Part shown: in pieces, positions 28,252-34,277 of the stretch | How positions within the stretch are numbered: position 1 is the first letter of the stretch | Layout: each line of letters opens with the position of its first letter | Source of the DNA: Pseudomonadota bacterium | Lineage (GTDB): Bacteria > Pseudomonadota > Alphaproteobacteria > Pelagibacterales > Pelagibacteraceae | Direction of reading: 5' to 3' | Assembly: GCA_037128905.1 (NCBI GenBank) | Contig: JBAXVU010000001.1 | Location: 1 to 34,277 of the forward strand | Length of the DNA stretch: 34,277 nt | Notes under the pieces: generated by a model | Told to the model about the DNA's origin: nothing | Databases searched by the model: none | Seen by the model: the letters and a program-made list of their open reading frames with translations, nothing else | Made by a program: the position numbers and the translations under genes

Positions 28252-29436
28252 ATGTTTTTAAGCTCTGAATTTAAAAGTTCCCTTAAAAAAAACTTACAGT
28301 TACCTAATTTAATTCCTCAGCTTTTATTAATTTTATTTTTTCTTTTAATTATTTATTTTTTTGCAAATAACGCGCAAATAAATATGAAAGCCAGAAACAT
28401 GAATTCTGGGTTTGATTTTTTAAATACAAACTCGGGATTTGATATTCAATTTAGTCTTATTGATTATGACGGATCATCGAGTTATGGCAGAGCCTATCTT
28501 GTTGGTCTTTTAAACACATTGTTGGTTGCTTTTTTTGGGATATTTTTTGCAACTATACTTGGTTTTGTCATTGGAGTTTCTAGACTTTCCTCAAATTGGA
28601 TAGTGAATAGATTATCGTTAATATACGTGGAGTTATTTAGAAACTTACCTTTAATTTTGCAGATTTTTTTTTGGTATTTTGCAGTTCTAAGATCACTACC
28701 CAGTACAGAAAAAAGCTTAATAATATTTAACTTTTTAATCATTAAGTAACAGGGCTTCTATATACCAAAATTTATTCTCACGAATTCACATTACATATTT
28801 TATGGAATTATTTTTGCCTTATTAACAATTTTTATAATTAAATATTATGCAAATAAAATTTTCTATGAACATGGAAAGGTTGTACCGGTTTTTAAAATAT
28901 TTTTTTTTTTAATAGTCGTATTTCCAGTAATTTTTTCTTTAATAGGAGGAGTAACTATTACTGTTGAGTATCCTAAGTTAATTAAAAATTTTGGTATTTT
29001 TAATTATTTAGGTGGTGTTAAATTAATTCCAGAATTTTTAGCACTAGTATTTTCTCTTTCTTTGTACACATCTGCATTTATTGCAGAAAATGTCAGAGCC
29101 GGCATCTTATCAATTAATAAAGGCCAGAAAGAAGCGGCTAGATCTTTAGGCTTAAACAATTCTCAATCACTCAATTTAATAGTAATACCTCAAGCTTTAA
29201 GAGTTATTATTCCTCCAACAACTAACCAGTATTTAAATTTAACAAAAAATTCATCATTAGCTGCAGCAATAGGTTATCCAGATTTAACAGGCGCATTTGC
29301 CGGAACAGCCTTGTCACAAACAGGAAAGGCAATAGAAATTATATTTATTGTTATGATAACTTATCTGACGATAAGCTTGTTAATTTCTTTGATATTGAAT
29401 TGGTACAATAAAAAAATTGCGCTAGTTGAAAGATAA
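28252..29436 (+). pseudogene. aapQ: Amino-acid ABC transporter permease AapQ/YhdX, interrupted by one in-frame TAA at 28747-28749 (possibly a sequencing artefact)
   Basis: ORFs 28252-28749 and 29062-29436 share a frame, and 28750-29061 is open. GLLNTL, FRNLPL..QI.FWY, YTSAFIAE.VR.GI, EAA..LGL, NLTKNSSLA. Total 394 codons. Confidence 0.88.
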
Positions 29437-29439
29437 AAA

Positions 29440-30492
29440 ATGAATTTTAAAAATATAAAAAATTGGTTTAAAGTAAATCTATTTTCTAACTGGTATAATT
29501 CTATAATTTCTTTATTTGTTCTTTTTGTTCTTTTTTCAATCGTGCCATCATTTATAGATTGGGCAATTATTAAAGCTACCTTTGTCGGAAAAACAAAAGC
29601 TGATTGTAAATTTGGTGGGGCTTGCTGGGTTTTTATTAGTGTTTGGTTTGAGAAACTTATTTATGGATTTTATCCGGAAAAAGAACTTTGGAGAATCAAT
29701 TTAACTTTCGTAATTTTAATTTTAACAATAGTGAGTGCTTTTTTTGTAAAAGCCAAAATAAAACCATACCTATTGTTATTTTTAATTTTTATATTTCCAA
29801 TAATAGGTTTTATTTTAATTCATGGAGGATTTGGATTAGAAAATGTAGAGACCAGAGTCTGGGGTGGTCTATCATTAACTTTTATGCTTACTTTTTTTGG
29901 AATAATTTTAGCTTTTCCTTTGGGAGTTTTACTTGCGCTTGGAAAAAGGTCTGAACTGCCAGTAATTAAATATTTTTGCATTGCTTTTATAGAGTTTTGG
30001 AGAGGAATACCTTTAATTACAGTTCTTTTTGCATCAGCAATTATGTTTCCCTTGCTTTTACCAGCCAATGTTAATGTTGATAAATTATTAAGAGTTGCAA
30101 TTGGTATGAGTATTTTTGAATCCGCTTATGTAGCCGAAGTAGTTAGAGGAGGATTGCAGTCTTTGCCTAAAGGCCAGTATGAAGCTGCAAAGTCATTAGG
30201 AATGAGTTATTGGAAAATTAATTTTTTGGTTATACTTCCACAAGCAATTAAGGCTGTAATACCAGGAATAACTAATACTTTTATAGCTTTATTTAAGGAT
30301 ACACCTTTAATTATTTTAGTTGGTTTGCTTGAGCTTTTAGGAATGGTTAATTTGGCAAAATCTAACTCTTATTGGCTTGGAATGGCTGTAGAGGGATATA
30401 TTTTTGTAGGAATAATTTTTTGGTTTTTTTCATATTTATTAAGTAGATATACACAAAGTTTAGAAAGAAAATTTAGCACAGAAAAAAATTAA
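29440..30492 (+). CDS. aapM: Amino-acid ABC transporter permease AapM/YhdY
   Basis: [44 protein letters not shown]. Confidence 0.93.
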   Translation: MNFKNIKNWFKVNLFSNWYNSIISLFVLFVLFSIVPSFIDWAIIKATFVGKTKADCKFGGACWVFISVWFEKLIYGFYPEKELWRINLTFVILILTIVSAFFVKAKIKPYLLLFLIFIFPIIGFILIHGGFGLENVETRVWGGLSLTFMLTFFGIILAFPLGVLLALGKRSELPVIKYFCIAFIEFWRGIPLITVLFASAIMFPLLLPANVNVDKLLRVAIGMSIFESAYVAEVVRGGLQSLPKGQYEAAKSLGMSYWKINFLVILPQAIKAVIPGITNTFIALFKDTPLIILVGLLELLGMVNLAKSNSYWLGMAVEGYIFVGIIFWFFSYLLSRYTQSLERKFSTEKN

Positions 30493-31229
30493 TGAGCGAA
30501 AAGATTATAGAGTTTAAAAATGTAAATAAGTGGTATGGAAAATTTCATGTACTAAAAGACATAAATTTATTTGTAAACAAAAGTGAAAAAATAATTATTT
30601 GCGGACCATCTGGCTCTGGAAAATCAACTCTAATTAGATGCATTAACGGTCTTGAACAACATCAGGATGGAAAAATAATTGTAGAAGGGATTGAGTTAGA
30701 CAACACATTAAAAAACGTTGATAAAATCAGAGGAGATGTAGGCATGGTTTTTCAACAGTTTAATTTATTTCCCCATTTAACAATTTTAGATAACTGCGCA
30801 TTAGCTCCAGCGTGGGTCAAAAAAATTCCAAAAAAAAAAAGCGAGGAAATTGCTATGGAGTATTTAAAAAAGGTTAAAATTTCAGAACAAGCAAATAAAT
30901 ACCCAGGACAATTATCTGGTGGCCAGCAACAAAGAGCAGCAATTGCAAGAGCTCTCTGTATGCAACCAAAAATTATGCTATTTGACGAACCAACTTCAGC
31001 TTTGGATGCCGAGATGATAAAGGAAGTTCTAGATATTATGATTGATTTAGCAAAAGCCGGAATGACAATGATTGTTGTTTCTCATGAGATGGGATTTGCA
31101 AAAACTGTTGCTGATAGAGTTATTTTTATGGATGAAGGGAGAATTGTAGAAACAAAAAAAACTAAAGATTTTTTCGAGAACCCAGAAAATGAAAGAACAA
31201 AACTTTTTTTAAGTCAAATACTCCATTAA
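30492..31229 (+). CDS. aapP: Amino-acid ABC transporter ATP-binding protein AapP/YhdZ
   Basis: Walker [29 protein letters not shown]-loop. Confidence 0.95.
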   Translation: MSEKIIEFKNVNKWYGKFHVLKDINLFVNKSEKIIICGPSGSGKSTLIRCINGLEQHQDGKIIVEGIELDNTLKNVDKIRGDVGMVFQQFNLFPHLTILDNCALAPAWVKKIPKKKSEEIAMEYLKKVKISEQANKYPGQLSGGQQQRAAIARALCMQPKIMLFDEPTSALDAEMIKEVLDIMIDLAKAGMTMIVVSHEMGFAKTVADRVIFMDEGRIVETKKTKDFFENPENERTKLFLSQILH

Positions 31230-31233
31230 TTTT

Positions 31234-31905
31234 ATGTTTCGTTTTTTTTTATCAATAATATTTATTGCATTTTTTTCTTCGAACTTAAACGCTCATATCG
31301 AGCACAATAAAGATTTAAAAAAAATCGAATTTGATATTTACAGAAATAATGAAAAAGTTGGTTATCATAAAGTTACTTTCTTAAATAAAAAAGATGGTTT
31401 AAGAGAAATTTCTACAGATGTTTTTTTTGATATCAAACTTTTAGGAGTTTCAATTTACAAATATCATTCTACAGGAAAAGAAATTTATAAAAATAATAAA
31501 TTAATAGAATTTAAATCAACAACAAAAGATGGGAATGATAAAGATTATTGCAATATCATATTATCAAATAATGGCGAATATGCCTTTGACGGAGCTACAG
31601 AAGGTAAGTCTTTTAAACATTTGTCAAAAAATGAATTTGCGCTAGGAACGTGGTGGAATCACGATGTTTTAATTAACAATAACTTTATAGCTGGTCAAAG
31701 TTGCAGACAAGTTGAGACTAAGGTTACCTTTTTAACAAAGGAAGAAAGAATTATTAACAACAAAAAACAAATGGTTCATTTTTTTAATGTTAAAGGAGAA
31801 GCGATTGACGTCAAAATCGGTTTTATTGAAAATTCATCTCAGTGGGTAGCAATGGACTTCTCTCTTAAGGGAGAATGGAATTATAAGTTAACGACCATTA
31901 ATTAA
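31234..31905 (+). CDS. Secreted/periplasmic beta-rich protein, DUF6134-like
   Basis: Signal peptide (..NLNA-H), FDIYRN.EKVGYH.V.F pattern and WWN; family assignment from recall, not a search. Confidence 0.6.
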   Translation: MFRFFLSIIFIAFFSSNLNAHIEHNKDLKKIEFDIYRNNEKVGYHKVTFLNKKDGLREISTDVFFDIKLLGVSIYKYHSTGKEIYKNNKLIEFKSTTKDGNDKDYCNIILSNNGEYAFDGATEGKSFKHLSKNEFALGTWWNHDVLINNNFIAGQSCRQVETKVTFLTKEERIINNKKQMVHFFNVKGEAIDVKIGFIENSSQWVAMDFSLKGEWNYKLTTIN

Positions 31906-31908
31906 TTC

Positions 31909-33093
31909 TTAAGCAATTTTTTTAACATAAAATTGGCTTACGTCAGTGTGTTCCGTATCAAAACCTGTTTCGCAATAACTTAAATAGTAGTTCCATAAAT
32001 TTTTAAATTTTTCATCAAAACCAAGTTTTGCAATATTATTCCAAGATAAATTAAACTGCTCTTTCCAGATTCTTAGAGTCTTCGCATAGTCTTTTCCAAA
32101 AGATATTTCTTTGTATAATTCAAAGTTGTTATCCTTAAATAATTTATATAAAATTTTTTTTGAAGGAAGAATTCCACCAGGGAAAATATATTTTTGTATA
32201 AAATCTACTTGATTGATGTAATTTGAATAATCTTCATCATTAATTGTTATTATTTGGAAACATGCCTTGCCTTTTTCTTTAAGTACTTTATTTAAATTTT
32301 TAAAATAAATATCCCAATATTCTTTTCCTACAGCCTCGAACATTTCTATAGAAACTATTTTGTCATAATAATTAGTGGAATCTAATTTTCTATAATCTTT
32401 AAATGTAATTTTTATATTTTTTTCTAACTTATTATTTTTAATTAATTCATTCACGTAAGAAAACTGCTGCTCACTAATTGTCAGTCCTTCTATTGTAGAA
32501 TTTGTTTTTTCATAATTTCTTTTTAAAAAACCACCCCAACCAGAACCAACCTCTAATAAATTATCAGATGCTTCAATATTTAAATTTTTTATAATGTTGT
32601 CATATTTGTTTTTTTGAGCTGTAAGCAAATCATCCTCATTGTTATTAAAAATTCCAGACGAGTAGGTCATAGATGGGTCTAACCAAAAAGAATAAAATTT
32701 ATTTCCAAGATCATAATGATAATGAATATTTTTTTTTGCCTGACTGATAGAATTTGATTTGAATATAAATTTTATTTTTTCTATAAAAGACGATAAATAA
32801 TTATTAGCCCAGTTTTTTTTTTTAATTTGTTGATTTTTTAGTAATATTTTAAGTAAATTTGTTAAATTAGAGGTTTCCCATTTATTATTAATATAAGAGT
32901 CGGCAAATCCTAATTCACCTCTAAATAATATATCCTTAAAAAATGAACCGTCTTTAATTGATATATCTGAGCTTAAGTTACCTTCCTTAGCTTTAAAAAT
33001 TTTTTGATAAGAATCTTTAAAACTAACTTTGATTTCACCCCATTTAATATTCTGGAGTTTAAAATCTAGATATTTTTTAAATAAATTAAACAT
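31909..33093 (-). CDS. cfa: Cyclopropane-fatty-acyl-phospholipid synthase-family SAM methyltransferase
   Basis: NI.YHYDLGN.FY..WLD.SMTYS, LEVGSGWGG, SIEMFEAVG, FIQKYIFPGG.LP, W.YYL.YCE.GF. Start placed at ATG 33093, overlapping the upstream stop. Confidence 0.9.
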   Translation of the reverse strand: MFNLFKKYLDFKLQNIKWGEIKVSFKDSYQKIFKAKEGNLSSDISIKDGSFFKDILFRGELGFADSYINNKWETSNLTNLLKILLKNQQIKKKNWANNYLSSFIEKIKFIFKSNSISQAKKNIHYHYDLGNKFYSFWLDPSMTYSSGIFNNNEDDLLTAQKNKYDNIIKNLNIEASDNLLEVGSGWGGFLKRNYEKTNSTIEGLTISEQQFSYVNELIKNNKLEKNIKITFKDYRKLDSTNYYDKIVSIEMFEAVGKEYWDIYFKNLNKVLKEKGKACFQIITINDEDYSNYINQVDFIQKYIFPGGILPSKKILYKLFKDNNFELYKEISFGKDYAKTLRIWKEQFNLSWNNIAKLGFDEKFKNLWNYYLSYCETGFDTEHTDVSQFYVKKIA

Positions 33094-33847
33094 GAAATGA
33101 AATTGTATCATTTTTTTTTGGTGGCTTAGAGAAAAATGATTTTTGTTTTTTAAAAATTTTAATTGCTTGGTAGTGTATAAAAATCATAATTTTTTGAGCA
33201 TAAAATAGATTTTTAATTACATTAAGAATTAAAGAAATATTATTAAGCTCGATGCCACTCGATGAAATTCCAGTTTTAAGCATAATTTGATTCTTTTTAT
33301 AGACATCAATATTTAATAGGAATTGTTTATTATTATTTAATAAATAAAATTTATATTTTAAGTCCATTTCTAAAAACGGGGATACATAAAATTTCTTATT
33401 TAGTTTTGAATGTATTTTTAAAGATCTTTTTTTTATTTTTAAAAAATAACAATGTTGTTCATGATGAGTGTTTTTTACTTCATAACAAATATACTTAATT
33501 TCATTTTTATTATTTTTGCATAAATAGATAGAAATTGGATTAAATACATAACCTAGAAATGAAGGTGTGCAATAAATATAAATTTTGTAATTATTTTTAT
33601 CTTTAAATTTTTTTAAAATATTTTTTTTAATAAAATCTTTTGGATTAATGTCTTCTCTTCTATTTCCATGATCTTTATAGTTAAAACTCAACAGATTAAA
33701 TTTATTTATAGAAAAAAAAAATAATTTATTAATATTTTCCAACTCGTCTAAATCAATAAGAGCAGATAAAGTTTTATATGAAAACTTATGATTAAAAGGG
33801 AATATTCTTTGATGAAATACGCTTCCAGGTTGAAGAGTGCTTTGCAT
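33086..33847 (-). CDS. DUF1365 family protein (UfaO-like)
   Basis: V.H.R..P..H.F.Y, DHG, P..LGYVFNPIS.Y, EV.NT..E.H.Y, K.FYVSPF, IHYQA; between FAD oxidoreductase and cfa. Confidence 0.88.
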   Translation of the reverse strand: MQSTLQPGSVFHQRIFPFNHKFSYKTLSALIDLDELENINKLFFFSINKFNLLSFNYKDHGNRREDINPKDFIKKNILKKFKDKNNYKIYIYCTPSFLGYVFNPISIYLCKNNKNEIKYICYEVKNTHHEQHCYFLKIKKRSLKIHSKLNKKFYVSPFLEMDLKYKFYLLNNNKQFLLNIDVYKKNQIMLKTGISSSGIELNNISLILNVIKNLFYAQKIMIFIHYQAIKIFKKQKSFFSKPPKKNDTISFHV

Positions 33848-34277
33848 TACAGTAAATAATTAGCAACATTTTTTGCAGAAACAACACCATCTTCATGAAA
33901 ACCATAACCACACCAAGCCCCACAGTAATAAATATTTTTGAGACCTTGAATTTCTTCTAATTTTTTAAATGTATATTCTTTATTATGTTTAAAAATAGGG
34001 TGACTGTATTTCATTTTTTTAATTATCTTATTTTTGCTTATTAAATCATTTGAGTTAATTGATACAAAATAATTTCTTTTACATTTTAAATTTTGCAAAT
34101 AATTCATCCAGTAAGTTAATTTTGTTTCTTTTTTGTTTGTTTTAATAAAATTCCAACTCGACCAGTTAAATTTATTTTTAGGCATCAATGAATTGTCAGT
34201 GTGAAGACAAGCATCATTATTATGATATTTAACTAATCCTAATACTTTTTTTTGTTTTTTAAGATTATTAGGAAGAA
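33847..34277 (-). CDS. FAD-dependent oxidoreductase (amine-oxidase-like, UfaD-like), C-terminal part; 5' end beyond window
   Basis: Frame open to the window edge: N.A.LHTD.SLMP, WSSWN, TYWMN.LQ, Y.HP, CGAW.GYGFHEDG..SA. Confidence 0.88.
   Translation of the reverse strand, partial: LPNNLKKQKKVLGLVKYHNNDACLHTDNSLMPKNKFNWSSWNFIKTNKKETKLTYWMNYLQNLKCKRNYFVSINSNDLISKNKIIKKMKYSHPIFKHNKEYTFKKLEEIQGLKNIYYCGAWCGYGFHEDGVVSAKNVANYLL

Noticed and set aside
28747-28749. Stop-codon reassignment or read-through of TAA in aapQ
   Set aside because: TAA terminates most genes here; compensating indels explain the stop better.
2212-30068. Short antisense or alternate-frame ORFs (e.g. 2212-2427, 5363-5551, 8946-9182, 10917-11165, 27245-27538, 29688-29954)
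   Set aside because: They lie within well-supported genes and show no recognisable motifs; shadow ORFs.
33094-33111. Longer cfa start from the ORF track
   Set aside because: It extends further into DUF1365; ATG 33093 overlapping the upstream stop is more typical.

Overview
A very AT-rich, gene-dense core-genome segment of a streamlined alphaproteobacterium. Gene content, order and tiny spacers point to Pelagibacterales/SAR11, possibly a freshwater or brackish lineage (inference). It follows the conserved alphaproteobacterial backbone: bamA-lpxD-fabZ-lpxA-lpxI-lpxB >< gltA-gltX-lexA-trpCDGE-ppiD <> tpiA-secG-pyrG-kdsA-eno-ftsB-lipA-ratA >< cinA-pgpA-ispDF <> ntrY-ntrX-gap-tRNA-Arg(TCT)-gpsA-GIY-YIG-aapJQMP-DUF6134 >< cfa-DUF1365-FAD oxidoreductase. 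Several usual members are absent. I found no mobile element, prophage or CRISPR array. The main leads are: (1) a pyrG promoter whose -10/T6-C7-C8-A9(TG) geometry suggests CTP-sensing start-site switching on a leaderless mRNA; (2) a betaproteobacterial-looking GAPDH with NADP-type substitutions in the slot after ntrX; (3) a candidate furan-fatty-acid (ufaD-ufaO-ufaM-like) cluster; (4) a four-unit phased LexA operator; (5) divergent ispDF/ntrY starts only 5 bp apart; (6) a PAS-less NtrY with a Walker-B-degenerate NtrX. Three genes (trpC, pgpA, aapQ) have reading-frame defects at or next to homopolymers, most likely sequencing errors.
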